A stretch of DNA of 64,000 nt from Alteromonadaceae bacterium (GTDB lineage Bacteria; Pseudomonadota; Gammaproteobacteria; Enterobacterales; Alteromonadaceae), in contig JBLHNB010000012.1 of NCBI GenBank assembly GCA_047621305.1, forward strand, positions 11,024-75,023, written 5' to 3'. The notes beneath the pieces are model-generated. The model was not told the DNA's origin, did not search any database, and worked only from the letters and a program-made list of their open reading frames with translations. Each line of letters opens with the position of its first letter. Positions within the stretch are counted from its first letter, which is position 1. Shown piece by piece: positions 45,701-54,848 of the stretch. Position numbers and translations under genes: made by a program.

Positions 45701-47026
45701 CTGATATTCTCCTGAAGGGGTTTCCTGAACATCTAATACCAATTCAAATTGTGCGTTTTGTGCTCCGGTATGTTGCTCTGTGACGGTTAAATTAGGTAAA
45801 ACAGATAACTGTGAACGATCGTCATATTGGTAATTAAACATCACTTGGAATAATGGGTGATTATAAACACTACGCTCAGGTTGCAACGCTTCCACTAACT
45901 GCTCAAAAGGTAAATCCTGATGCTCCTGTGCCCCTAAGGCTGTGGCTTTTACTTGCGCTAAAACATCGACTAATGACATATGACAGTCAAACTGAGTACG
46001 TAATACCTGAGTATTGACAAATAATCCGACCACGCCAGCCAATTCTGATCGGCTTCTATTAGCGACAGGCGTGCCCACACGAATATCCTGTAAACCCGAG
46101 TGGCGATGCAATAACAGCTGAAATGCTGCTAGTAGCACCATAAAGTGAGATGCTTGTTGTTGTTGGGCATATTTCTGGATCTGTTGGCTTAACTCATCAG
46201 GTAAAGACCAATGATAATAAGTAGCGATGGACGGTTGTGCATTAACTTTTAGTGGTTCACTTTGTAAACGTAAAATAGGATGTTCATCCCCTAGCTGTTG
46301 ACACCAATAACTTAACTGACGTGCTTGCTCCCCCGCGCTTAACCAATGATATTGCCATAAGGCATAATCTAGGTATTTAACCGGAAGTTCAGATAAATTA
46401 TTACTCTCCTTAGCCAGTATTGCTTTATAACAAATAACAAATTCATCGACCATTATTTGTAAAGAAACACCATCAGTAATAATATGATGCAAGACTAAAA
46501 CCAGTTGATACTTCTGTTGTGCCAACTGTAATAAGCCAACTCGGATCAACGGCCCTTGCCATAAATCAAATGGCGTTTGTGTCAGTACATCGAGTGCTAT
46601 TTTTTGTTGGTATTCAGTCGTATTTTGTAAGTCAATATGCTGTACTTTGAATGGAACTTTCTGATGTACTACTTGTTGTATTTGGCCGTCGTAATCCTGT
46701 TCAAAATAGGTACGCAGGCTTTCGTGACGGGCAACTAAGCTGGTAAATACTTGCTGTAATGCAACGGTATCCAATTCACCTTTCAATATTAAACCGCCAG
46801 AGATATGATAAGCCGAACTATCAGGATCTAAATGCCATAAAAACCATTGCCGCTGTTGTGCATAAGTTAATGCTCGATAATCGGCAATTTCTGCACTATT
46901 GGCTAAAACTGGAAACTGACGAACAGATAAGCCGTCTTGGCGAATTTTTTGATAAACCAGCTCTTGCTTTGTTGCTGGCAATTGATGAAAACGCTCAGCA
47001 ATACGTTGAATTACTTGTTGGCTCAT
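39716..47026 (-). CDS. Terminal bimodular NRPS: C-A-T-dual E/C-A-T-TE
   Basis: HHIITDG; two YTSGSTGRPKG A domains (hand-read code DVWNMGLIHK for both); GGHS and GGDS T domains; HHLLQQQGD plus HHLIMDHTS dual E/C; GWSFGG TE. Confidence 0.95.
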   Translation of the reverse strand: MSQQVIQRIAERFHQLPATKQELVYQKIRQDGLSVRQFPVLANSAEIADYRALTYAQQRQWFLWHLDPDSSAYHISGGLILKGELDTVALQQVFTSLVARHESLRTYFEQDYDGQIQQVVHQKVPFKVQHIDLQNTTEYQQKIALDVLTQTPFDLWQGPLIRVGLLQLAQQKYQLVLVLHHIITDGVSLQIMVDEFVICYKAILAKESNNLSELPVKYLDYALWQYHWLSAGEQARQLSYWCQQLGDEHPILRLQSEPLKVNAQPSIATYYHWSLPDELSQQIQKYAQQQQASHFMVLLAAFQLLLHRHSGLQDIRVGTPVANRSRSELAGVVGLFVNTQVLRTQFDCHMSLVDVLAQVKATALGAQEHQDLPFEQLVEALQPERSVYNHPLFQVMFNYQYDDRSQLSVLPNLTVTEQHTGAQNAQFELVLDVQETPSGEYQLTFTYAKEVLDSVYVKRMAVHLQVILQTMVDDPEASIDAIALLSQEELAQLNTWGVNIEQEDSTAVHKKFELQTLSQPEATAVVFADQQLSYQQLNQRANQLAHFLCAQGIARESRIGVALERSLETAVVLLAILKAGALFVPLDTDYPIERLGYIIENSDLSLLISHIQVKTSLPELSMPILWLDNCELSQYSKHNLNLACHPEQLAYVIYTSGSTGRPKGAAISHQALSNCMAWMQRQYQPTREDAVLHKAAFGFDVSCWELFFPLSEGIKLVIAKPGDHRDPERLIQLMQQEQVTITNFPPAMQQAFLEQANIAKGGGLRQIMCGGEAVPAELRQQTYELLPNVTMNNLYGPTETTIHVTHWPCANDKRTLLPIGQPISATRTYVLDMALNQVPQGVAGELYIAGLALARGYLARPDLTADRFVADSIAADGSRMYRTGDLVRWNVEGLLEYLGRIDDQVQIRGFRIELGEIEAQLHRLDSVQEAVVISKASPAGQQLVAYLVGDIIDTDILAQQLTKILPNYMVPSFFSVLSVMPLSPNGKVNRKALPEPQWQQQETYVAPQGKVERQLALWWGEMLSVSQVGRNDNFFSLGGHSLLAIKLLDKIRQGGWQVQVKTLFSQPMLKHFASAIQCTADDKTWDVPANRIPDNCQKIIPSMLSLVTLTTRQINEISQQIPDGVSNIQDIYPLTPLQEGILFHHLLQQQGDAYITKNLMRFADRNTLECFIADLNKVIARHDILRTAVLWQGLPEPLQIVQRQASLVLNWQEYSPQDEYETPGAWLNAFVSPDQYRIDIDKAPLIRAIAIQEPGQKSCWLQLPSHHLIMDHTSLDILVSEIQQIQTGQLANLPAQVPFRHFVAIAQQGKSAAEHQNFFSELLADVTVPTAPFNLLNIQGNGANVEKAEWPLPADLATQIRQLAIAHEVSAAAIFHLAWALVLSKLTANENPVFGSVLFGRMHAGENAQHAVGMFINTLPIRFRLADADLTAGLTQAHQVLTGLLDHDTASLTLAQGCSGVAKGTPLFSTLFNYRYSSPVLENQPSVWPGVEVFASEEQTNYPIGMSIDDQGVGFNLVAQSVAGIAPAQLCNYLQQALFALLNTAADHKVKRLGDINILSAEQWQTQQGWSLNKQTEKHTPVHVQFAAHAQTQPAAAALSFASNTMSYQQLNQQANRLAHYLIVQGISRESRVAVAMARSHEMIISLLAIMKAGALYVPLDIDYPAERLAYIIENSKVNLILSHQTAIGKVPKTAVECHLWENLNLLDYPNTNPTLSYHPEQLAYVIYTSGSTGRPKGVAISHRALANCMAWMQKRYQLSREDVVLHKAPFGFDVSCWEIFWPLSEGIKLVIAQPGDHKDPERLITLIQQEAITTLNFVPAMQQAFLDQVDIKQRTTLKHIMVGGEAMPTELKRRTFELLPDATMYNLYGPTEATIHVTHWTCENDERTLVPIGAPISNTSSYVLDEYLNPVPAGINGELYLGGVGLARGYLERADLTAERFVANPFDPNGGRLYRTGDLVRWNNEGLLEYLGRLDDQIKIRGLRVELGEIEAQLCALKEVQEAVVVAQTSPNGNKLAAFVVGKALAVDTLKVKLSSMLPDYMIPSAFISLTALPLSANGKVDRKALPVIEWQDESLFSAPQGDIEQALANIWKHVLVIVKISRNANFFEIGGDSISCLKVISLAREQGYAIAVKQLFEYPVLHELATQLAITDVLTVNPLDNDVVRLNQADNLQAPVFCVHDGFGKVWDYSALALSLNGERTVYGLPFNRTQLTGKAVDLVDLVQQHLSNIREIQPNGPYYLCGWSFGGVLAHWLAAELQQQGQVVAKVVLLDPYVPPQTGENHDASLLVQLQTFFSLLLATSSLAALANDATLSAHMLALKDSSELTVGIEQLMQMIIVHPSTNFMSGYQHVSAAELFQLFASFQPLFLAAINLQQLPRNTALTQIFWTEKRPPSHHAWWYEWLANEQLDSRVLEEDHFQIVRAAEVLAEFIKE

Positions 47027-50000
47027 ACCAAAGTCTCCATAAAAGCTTCAAGATCCAACAAGGTCTCCTGACTGTTTGGCTTTATTTGTTCGCCAATAAA
47101 TTGGGCTAACGCCTGTAGTGTTTGTTTTTGAAATAAATCACTTATGGTCAATTCCACTAACCATTGTTGCTGTATTTGGTTTAATACCGTAACGGCGAGT
47201 AAAGAATGCCCCCCTAATGAAAAAAAATTGTCACCACGGCCAACTTGATCGACCTGCAATACCTGTTGCCAAATGTCAGCTAATTGCCTTTCGAACTCCC
47301 CTGCCGGCGCAATATAGCTAATCGTTGATTGCCATTGGGGTGCAGGTAAAGCTTTACGATCTAATTTACCATTAGCAGTTAACGGCATTGCCGGTAAAAT
47401 GATAATTAAACTCGGTACCATATAATCAGGCAACACTGTTGTTAATGTTTGTTGTAACACTTGTTCATCTATATTTATCCCAACGACATAAGCAACCAAC
47501 TGATCACCACCAACAGCCTTTTTTGCTAAAACGGCAGCTTCTTGGACACTGCTTTGAGCTAATAATTGCGCTTCTATTTCCCCCAGTTCAATACGAAAAC
47601 CGCGAATTTTAATTTGTTGATCTATTCGCCCAAGATAGTTAATTTGCCCTGCTTCACTCCAAGCAACTAAATCCCCCGTCCGATATAAACGCTCTCCCGT
47701 AGTTACAAATGGATTAGCGATAAAACGGTCGGCAGTTAGATCGGCGCGTTGTAAATACCCTCGCGCTAAACAGCGCCCCCCTAATAATAATTCTCCTGCT
47801 CTTCCAGGAGCAACTAAATTTAAGTTGCCATCAACGACATACGCCTGAACCCCAGCAATAGGGACACCAATGGGAACTTGAGTATTATTGTCTAGTTGAC
47901 AGTTCCAGTAGGTCACCTCAATGGCGGTTTCAGTAGGTCCGTATAAATTTCGTAACGCTACCTGAGGTAATGCTACCAATAGCTGATTTTGGGTTTCTTT
48001 AGATAAAGCTTCACCACTGGTAAAAACCTGACGTAAACTAAGACAGCTTGCCGCGTCAGCAGACAGTAAAAACGTTTGTAGCATTGAAGGGACAAAATGT
48101 ACTACCGTTATTTGTTCTTGTTCAATTAACGTTTGGATTTGTTGAGGATCTTTATGCTGCTCTGGTGCTGCTAAAATTAATTGTGCGCCTTGTGTTAAAG
48201 GCCAGAAAAACTCCCAAATAGAGACATCAAAACCAAACGAGGTTTTTTGTAAAATACGGTCCGCTGCTGTGATCGGATAATTAGTTTGCCCCCAGGCTAA
48301 ACGGTTAGCTACCCCTAAATGGTTGCAGGCAACGCCTTTAGGTTGGCCAGTTGAACCTGATGTATAAATAATATAAGCCAAATTATCTGGCCTTACGGTC
48401 ACGGCTGGTTCATCACTACTGTATAAATGTGTATCGAGGGTTTCTAAGTAAATAGTTTCAGCCTGTGCACTAGCAGGTATATGCTTTGCTAATGTTTGGT
48501 GACTGCATAACAGTACACAGTCGCTATGCTGCCATATAAAGTCCAATCGTTGTTTTGGGTAAGTTGGGTCAAATGGCACATAGGCAGCGCCTGCTTTTAA
48601 TATTGCTAGCATGGTAATGACCATATCAAAACTACGTTCAAGCATGATACCTACCCGACTTTCAAGACCAACACCTTGCGTTTGAAAATAATGGGTTAAA
48701 CGATTAACTTGCTCGTTTAATTGTTGATAAGTTAAACTCTTACCCGCTATTTTTAATGCCTTGGCCCTTGGTGTTTTTAGCGCTTGTTGGCTAAAACATT
48801 GCTGTAATAATATTGGTTTTTCGCTATTAGTCCCTTGTCCCCAGTTCAATAACTGTTGTTGCTCATTATGTGTTAACAACGGAATTTCTCGAATAGGCAT
48901 ATCAGCTTGATTGACCAGTTGTTGTAACACGGCTTGATAATGTTGATTAAAACGTGCTACCTGCACTTGCGTTAAGCGGCTTTCGTCATAACTCCACTGC
49001 AGATTTATTGTGCCATTGGTTAATTCAGTGGTATCTAGCGCTAAATCACACATTACGCCTTGCGTTAAGGTTAAATATTCGGTCAGTGCTAATCCTGATA
49101 ATTGCTGTAGCTGTTCATTATTTTCTTTGAGGTGATTAAACATCACCTGATAACCTGCGCTGCCCTGAAAGTTTTCTTGAAAGCATTTTATTAGTGAATC
49201 AATGGGAATATCCTGATTTGCCTGCATCGCCAACGTTTTATCACTGCAACGTTGTAATAATTGCATTAAGGTATCCGCTGCTGATATTTCCAAATGCAGT
49301 AACTGTACATTGACAAAAAAACCGACGATATCATGGGTATCATAATGATTACGATTGGCGACAGGAATGGCAGTCAATAAAGTTTCCAAGCCAGTCAAAC
49401 GATGCAACAATACTTGATAAGCTGTTAATAATACGGTAAAAACTGTCACACCTTGGCTACGGGAAAACTGGCTTATTTGTGCAGAAAAAGCGGTAGATAT
49501 ATTATCTAATAAAATATCACCAGACGCTGGTTTAGTCGTGTGATCCAGGGGTTTTCCTAGATTTATAATAGGTAGTTGACCACTTAATTCCTGTTGCCAA
49601 AATTGCCACTGCTGCTGAACCTCTTTTGCTTCTGATTGCAACCAGTCAATTTGCCATTGAGCAAAGTCAGTATATTGTAAAGCCTGTTCATTATGCTCTG
49701 GTATTTCACCTTTGATTAATGATTGATAAAATCCAACAAAGTCTTTAACAATAAGCTCTTTAGACCAAGCATCGCTAATAATATGATGCATAACCACCAC
49801 TAATAAATGCGCTTGCTCATTAAATGAAATACATTTCACCCGTAATAAAGGCCCTTTACGCAAATCAAAGCCTGCTTGGGCAAAGTCGTCTAATAAGGTT
49901 TGTTGCAATTGTGTTTGGTTAAGTCCTTTATACTTTGTTGTTTTAATTAACTCATTTTGCGTTATATGCTCTAGAGGTATGAGCATATCAGGCAGTATGT

Positions 50001-50358
50001 ACTGTTTTGGTAAGCCATTTTCTGCTTCAATAAATTGGCTACGTAGCGCTTGGTGTCGCTGTACTAAGTGCCGTAAACTTTGTGCTAAAACATTCGTCTC
50101 TAGTTTACCTTTTAAGACCATAGCACCGCCCAAGTGGTAGGCAGCATTTTTAGGGTTTAACAACCATTCAAACCACAGCCTTTGTTGTGCCGCAGATAAG
50201 GGGGCACTAGTACGCCCTAACCGAGTAATTACCGGCGCTAATATGGTGCTAGTTGATGTGGTGTTAGTTGATGTACTTTTAAATTTATCTAACAAGGCTT
50301 TTTTTTGACTCAGTGACAACTTACCCTTACGAGCGGCTAACAATTCATTGTTTAACAT
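47023..50358 (-). CDS. Monomodular NRPS C-A(Ser)-T
   Basis: HHIISDAWS; hand-read code DVWHFSLIEK (Ser-type); GGHSLL. Confidence 0.93.
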   Translation of the reverse strand: MLNNELLAARKGKLSLSQKKALLDKFKSTSTNTTSTSTILAPVITRLGRTSAPLSAAQQRLWFEWLLNPKNAAYHLGGAMVLKGKLETNVLAQSLRHLVQRHQALRSQFIEAENGLPKQYILPDMLIPLEHITQNELIKTTKYKGLNQTQLQQTLLDDFAQAGFDLRKGPLLRVKCISFNEQAHLLVVVMHHIISDAWSKELIVKDFVGFYQSLIKGEIPEHNEQALQYTDFAQWQIDWLQSEAKEVQQQWQFWQQELSGQLPIINLGKPLDHTTKPASGDILLDNISTAFSAQISQFSRSQGVTVFTVLLTAYQVLLHRLTGLETLLTAIPVANRNHYDTHDIVGFFVNVQLLHLEISAADTLMQLLQRCSDKTLAMQANQDIPIDSLIKCFQENFQGSAGYQVMFNHLKENNEQLQQLSGLALTEYLTLTQGVMCDLALDTTELTNGTINLQWSYDESRLTQVQVARFNQHYQAVLQQLVNQADMPIREIPLLTHNEQQQLLNWGQGTNSEKPILLQQCFSQQALKTPRAKALKIAGKSLTYQQLNEQVNRLTHYFQTQGVGLESRVGIMLERSFDMVITMLAILKAGAAYVPFDPTYPKQRLDFIWQHSDCVLLCSHQTLAKHIPASAQAETIYLETLDTHLYSSDEPAVTVRPDNLAYIIYTSGSTGQPKGVACNHLGVANRLAWGQTNYPITAADRILQKTSFGFDVSIWEFFWPLTQGAQLILAAPEQHKDPQQIQTLIEQEQITVVHFVPSMLQTFLLSADAASCLSLRQVFTSGEALSKETQNQLLVALPQVALRNLYGPTETAIEVTYWNCQLDNNTQVPIGVPIAGVQAYVVDGNLNLVAPGRAGELLLGGRCLARGYLQRADLTADRFIANPFVTTGERLYRTGDLVAWSEAGQINYLGRIDQQIKIRGFRIELGEIEAQLLAQSSVQEAAVLAKKAVGGDQLVAYVVGINIDEQVLQQTLTTVLPDYMVPSLIIILPAMPLTANGKLDRKALPAPQWQSTISYIAPAGEFERQLADIWQQVLQVDQVGRGDNFFSLGGHSLLAVTVLNQIQQQWLVELTISDLFQKQTLQALAQFIGEQIKPNSQETLLDLEAFMETLV

Positions 50359-50359
50359 A

Positions 50360-53300
50360 TTAAACCTGTTCCTCTACCTGCACTTCCTGCTCTAATTCCT
50401 GTATTAACAACCTTGTTACTAATTGCGCTAAACCTAATACGGTTGGCTCTTTAAAAAAGGACGCTGGCGGTAAATCTACTTCGTATATACGACGTACTTT
50501 CGATAACATTTGTACCCCCATTAACGAATCTCCGCCTAATTCGAATAGATTGTCATGAATACCGACTGCTGTAATGCCTAACATATCAGTCCAAACGTCG
50601 GCAATACCTTGTTGTAATTCATCTTCTGGCGCTGTGTAAGAAGTAGAAAGATCAGGCCGTGCATATCCCTGTGAACGAGGCTCTGCTATGGGCATGACTA
50701 AATCAGCTGCCAGCATATTGCCTTTAGTTGCTTCAATTCGTGCGTGTAAATCAACAGTAGAGACCAGGATTTGTGGAACGATAGGAACAGAAAGAATACG
50801 TTGCATAACCTCAAGTCCCTGAGTTGGGGTGATTCCCATGTTATCAGGCATATCCATATTGGCTGCCATTCCGACCTCCCGCCAACTATCCCAATTGATG
50901 GCAATAACAGGAACATTATTCTGCTGTCCATAGCGCTGCGCGACACCATCAAGATAGGCATTAGCTGCGGCATAAGCAGCTTTAGCCAAACCACCCGCAA
51001 TGCTCGCTAACGAAGAGCATAAAACGATAAAATCAAGCGGCTGATTTACCAAAGATTTCAGTAATAATTGGGTACCCGTTACTTTAGCGGCAAACATTTC
51101 ATCAACAAATTTGCTATCAGTAGCACAGATCAAATTAGTTGCACCATTACCAGCGGCATGAATAACACCATTGATGTCACCAAATCTTGCCCGTGCCTCG
51201 TTGATAGCTTGTTGTACTTGATTTTCATCAGCAACATTAGCTTGACTGAACATCACTTCAGCTCCCATTTCTTCAAGCTTAGCTAACCATACTTGTTGCT
51301 GTTCATTAGGTGCTTTACGGCCTAAGAGTACCAATTTCCCTTGCACTGTTTTTGCTAAATGCTCAGCAATGACTGAACCAACACCACCTAAGCCTCCTGT
51401 GATCAGATAAACACCCTTTTGACGATACACAGCTTTCTTTTGTACTGGTTTTGATAAAGCCTCATAGGTCAACTGCCAACGATTATGATGACGATAAGCC
51501 AATACTAAATCATCATCGGCAGCGATGTCAGTCACTAACCACTCTAACCAACTGGCGTTAAAGTCAGTACCAAAATCAATTAACCGACAACAAATATTTG
51601 GAAACTCTTGGGGAATAACCTTACAGACACCCAGTAAAGTGGTTTGCTGTGGGAGAACAACATCACTACCTGACACATCCAACATCCCTTGTGTTATCAG
51701 TGATAGTTGAACATTTTTCCCTATTTGAATGGCCTCTAATGCTTGCACTAATGTTAATACACTCAATAACCCTCGCTCTTGTGTCTGTGCGAAAGTGGTA
51801 ATCTCAGAGACTGATAAACTCCATGCATGAAAAACCTGAGTAACTGAACCATAGTGTTGGTTCACTGTGCTTATCACTTGCTGATAATCTTCCAGCTCTG
51901 TTGCACGGACAATAAACTCATTATCTGAGATTTTTTTGAATGCATCACCAAAACGTAGACAAACCAAAAATGTCGCATCGTTAGCCAACTTATTAATCAA
52001 CGTTTGACTACTGTCATGATCATCAATAAACAATAAGGTACCTCCTAGGTTTGGATTTTCAACCGAACTAGAGAAGCAGCGTTTAAACGATGGCATATAA
52101 AACCAATGTTCTAACGGTTTAACAAGGATACCAAGGTCGGTATTTTGCAACGTATTGAGCGTTTGTGGTTGGGCCTCTACCCAAAAACGTTTGCGTTCAA
52201 ATGGATATGTTGGCAAAGCAATACGCCGAGGTATTTCGGTATACATACTTGCCCAATCCAGATTCACTCCCTCTAACCATAAACGGCCTATGGCGGTGGC
52301 AACATGTTGAGATTCTTCGGTATTTTTACGAGTATGCGGTAGCGATGTGACTACGCTTACTTGCTCTTTAATTTTTGGATCACGACCAGCTAATTGACTT
52401 AATACATTACTTGGTCCAACTTCTAATAAAACAAAGTTTTGCGTCGCAACTAAGGTATGTAAACCTTGAGAGAAACGCACCGTTTTAGTCAAATGTGCTG
52501 ACCAATATTGAGGATCTGTCGCTTGTTGATCAGTGATCCAAGTACCGGTAACATTTGAAATAAATGGCATATTCGGTACTTTTCGTGGTAAATCAGCAAT
52601 TAAAGCGGCTAAAGCAGAGCCCGCCTCTGCAACTAAAGATGAATGAAAGGCATGAGATACATGTAAACGCTGCACCGCAACACCAGCAGCTATCATCATG
52701 GCTTCAGCAGCAGAGATTGCAGAGTCTGTACCAGAAACCACGCAGTTTTCTGGGCCATTTACTGCAGCTAATTCACAATCTGCTTGTAGATAAGTGGCTA
52801 GTTGTTTTTCCGATAAAGCAACCGATAACATGCTGCCGCCCGGCTGAGCCTGTATTAATAAACCTCGTTGAGCGACAATTTTTAAGCTATCTTCAAAACT
52901 AAAAACTCCCGCTAAACAAGCGGCGACGTATTCGCCGATACTATGGCCGATCATCGCAGTAGGTTTTATCCCCCACGCTAGCCATTGTTTAGCCAGTGCA
53001 TATTCAACGGCAAACAAGACTGGCTGAGTGTAGGACGTTTGTTTTAATTGCTCCGCGGCACTTACCGCTTGTTGCTCATCAACAAAAATAAGATCAGCAA
53101 TATCAAGTCCTAAGTGTGGTTGAAAGCCTTGACGACAACGATCAAACTCGTCTTTAAAGACCGCTTCACTACGATATAAGCTTTGTGCCATATTGATATG
53201 TTGCGAACCTTGGCCTGGGAACATGAACGCAACGGGACGATCGCTATCAGTTGCTAATTCGCTCTGTAGGCGTAATGGGCTGGCATCAGCGGTTAATGCA

Positions 53301-54847
53301 CCTGTAGCCTGATTAGGGTTTTTAGCAACAACAACGCTACGGTGATTAAAGCCTTTGCGGCCAATCTGTAAGGTATAAGCAGCATTTTGCCATTGTTCAA
53401 CCGGCATTTTCTCCAACCACTCGGCCAAGTTTTTTTGCTGATTAACTAATGCGTTGCGGGTCTTTGCTGATAATGGCAAAATCTGCCAGTCACGCCCAGA
53501 GACGGTATTGGTTTGTTTGGGAGCTTCTTGCAAAATAACATGTACGTTAGTACCGCCAATGCCAAATGAGCTAACACCTGCACGACGTGGACCATTTTCA
53601 TTAGTCCAAGGTATTGTCTTATTAGCGACATAAAATGGGCTATTCTCAAAATCGATCTCAGTGTTGGCTTTCTTGTAGTGTAAGTTTGCTGGAATGATGC
53701 CATTTTTTAACGACAATACTGTTTTAATCAGCCCTGTCACCCCTGCAGCAGCATCTAAATGACCAACATTACTTTTTACTGAGCCTACAGCGCAATATTG
53801 ATTTTTGTCAGTGCCTAAACGAAAAGCTCGCGTTAAGGCTGCAATTTCAATAGGATCACCTAATACAGTACCTGTACCGTGGGCTTCAATATAACTGATA
53901 GTTTCTGGTGGCGTATCTGCCATTTCCTGTGCAGCTGCAATAACTTCAGCTTGACCATCAACGCTTGGCGCGGTATAGCCGGCTTTGGTATTACCATCAT
54001 TATTCATCGCAGAGCCTTTGATCACAGCATAAACGGTATCGCCGTCAGCAATGGCATCTGCTAAACGTTTTAATGCCACCACACCAGAGCCTGAGCCTAT
54101 AATAGTACCTTGGGCCTGCTCATCAAATGGACGACAATGACCATCTGGCGATAAGATCGCGCCTGGTTGATAAACATAACCACCCTGGTGTAATAAATTT
54201 AGCCAAGCCCCGCCAGCTAAGGTCATATCAGCTTCATGATTCAACAGACTGCGACAAGCCATATGAACAGCAGATAATGATGTCGAACAGGCCGTTTGTA
54301 TAGTAACCGCAGGGCCTTTTAAATTGAGTTTATAGGCTAAAGTCATGGTCATAGCATCTTTGTTATTACCATTCATTAATGCTTGTAGTGATGAAATATT
54401 ACCCAGATCGTTAAAACGGCCACTTTTCATAAGGTTCGTGATTAAGTAAGTATTAACGCCACAACCGCCATAAACGCCAATGGGGAAATCACAAGCATCA
54501 CCGTGATAACCCGCACTTTCCATTGCCTGCCATGCGGTTTCTAAAAATAGACGTTGTTGTGGATCTAACTCTTCAGCTTCACGGGGAGAATAACCAAAAA
54601 AAGCGCCATCAAACTTGTCTTGATCAGGCAATAATGCGCCGCAAGCAACAAAGTCGGGATCGGCAATCTTATCTTCCGACACGCCCATATTTCGTAGGGT
54701 ATCATCACTGTATTGCTCTATAGATTCGACGCCATTTTTTAAATTCTGCCAAAAAACATCAACATTTTCGGCACCCGGAAAGCGGCCCGCTAGACCGACA
54801 ATGGCAATATCAGTCTCTGAGAATAATTCTATTATTTCTGTATTCAT
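50360..54847 (-). CDS. Type I PKS module KS-AT-KR-ACP
   Basis: KS TACSTS, HGTGT, GHLD; AT GHSIG and HAFH; KR GGLGGVG and YAAAN; ACP GGDSL; no DH, ER or MT seen. Confidence 0.95.
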   Translation of the reverse strand: MNTEIIELFSETDIAIVGLAGRFPGAENVDVFWQNLKNGVESIEQYSDDTLRNMGVSEDKIADPDFVACGALLPDQDKFDGAFFGYSPREAEELDPQQRLFLETAWQAMESAGYHGDACDFPIGVYGGCGVNTYLITNLMKSGRFNDLGNISSLQALMNGNNKDAMTMTLAYKLNLKGPAVTIQTACSTSLSAVHMACRSLLNHEADMTLAGGAWLNLLHQGGYVYQPGAILSPDGHCRPFDEQAQGTIIGSGSGVVALKRLADAIADGDTVYAVIKGSAMNNDGNTKAGYTAPSVDGQAEVIAAAQEMADTPPETISYIEAHGTGTVLGDPIEIAALTRAFRLGTDKNQYCAVGSVKSNVGHLDAAAGVTGLIKTVLSLKNGIIPANLHYKKANTEIDFENSPFYVANKTIPWTNENGPRRAGVSSFGIGGTNVHVILQEAPKQTNTVSGRDWQILPLSAKTRNALVNQQKNLAEWLEKMPVEQWQNAAYTLQIGRKGFNHRSVVVAKNPNQATGALTADASPLRLQSELATDSDRPVAFMFPGQGSQHINMAQSLYRSEAVFKDEFDRCRQGFQPHLGLDIADLIFVDEQQAVSAAEQLKQTSYTQPVLFAVEYALAKQWLAWGIKPTAMIGHSIGEYVAACLAGVFSFEDSLKIVAQRGLLIQAQPGGSMLSVALSEKQLATYLQADCELAAVNGPENCVVSGTDSAISAAEAMMIAAGVAVQRLHVSHAFHSSLVAEAGSALAALIADLPRKVPNMPFISNVTGTWITDQQATDPQYWSAHLTKTVRFSQGLHTLVATQNFVLLEVGPSNVLSQLAGRDPKIKEQVSVVTSLPHTRKNTEESQHVATAIGRLWLEGVNLDWASMYTEIPRRIALPTYPFERKRFWVEAQPQTLNTLQNTDLGILVKPLEHWFYMPSFKRCFSSSVENPNLGGTLLFIDDHDSSQTLINKLANDATFLVCLRFGDAFKKISDNEFIVRATELEDYQQVISTVNQHYGSVTQVFHAWSLSVSEITTFAQTQERGLLSVLTLVQALEAIQIGKNVQLSLITQGMLDVSGSDVVLPQQTTLLGVCKVIPQEFPNICCRLIDFGTDFNASWLEWLVTDIAADDDLVLAYRHHNRWQLTYEALSKPVQKKAVYRQKGVYLITGGLGGVGSVIAEHLAKTVQGKLVLLGRKAPNEQQQVWLAKLEEMGAEVMFSQANVADENQVQQAINEARARFGDINGVIHAAGNGATNLICATDSKFVDEMFAAKVTGTQLLLKSLVNQPLDFIVLCSSLASIAGGLAKAAYAAANAYLDGVAQRYGQQNNVPVIAINWDSWREVGMAANMDMPDNMGITPTQGLEVMQRILSVPIVPQILVSTVDLHARIEATKGNMLAADLVMPIAEPRSQGYARPDLSTSYTAPEDELQQGIADVWTDMLGITAVGIHDNLFELGGDSLMGVQMLSKVRRIYEVDLPPASFFKEPTVLGLAQLVTRLLIQELEQEVQVEEQV

Positions 54848-54848
54848 G

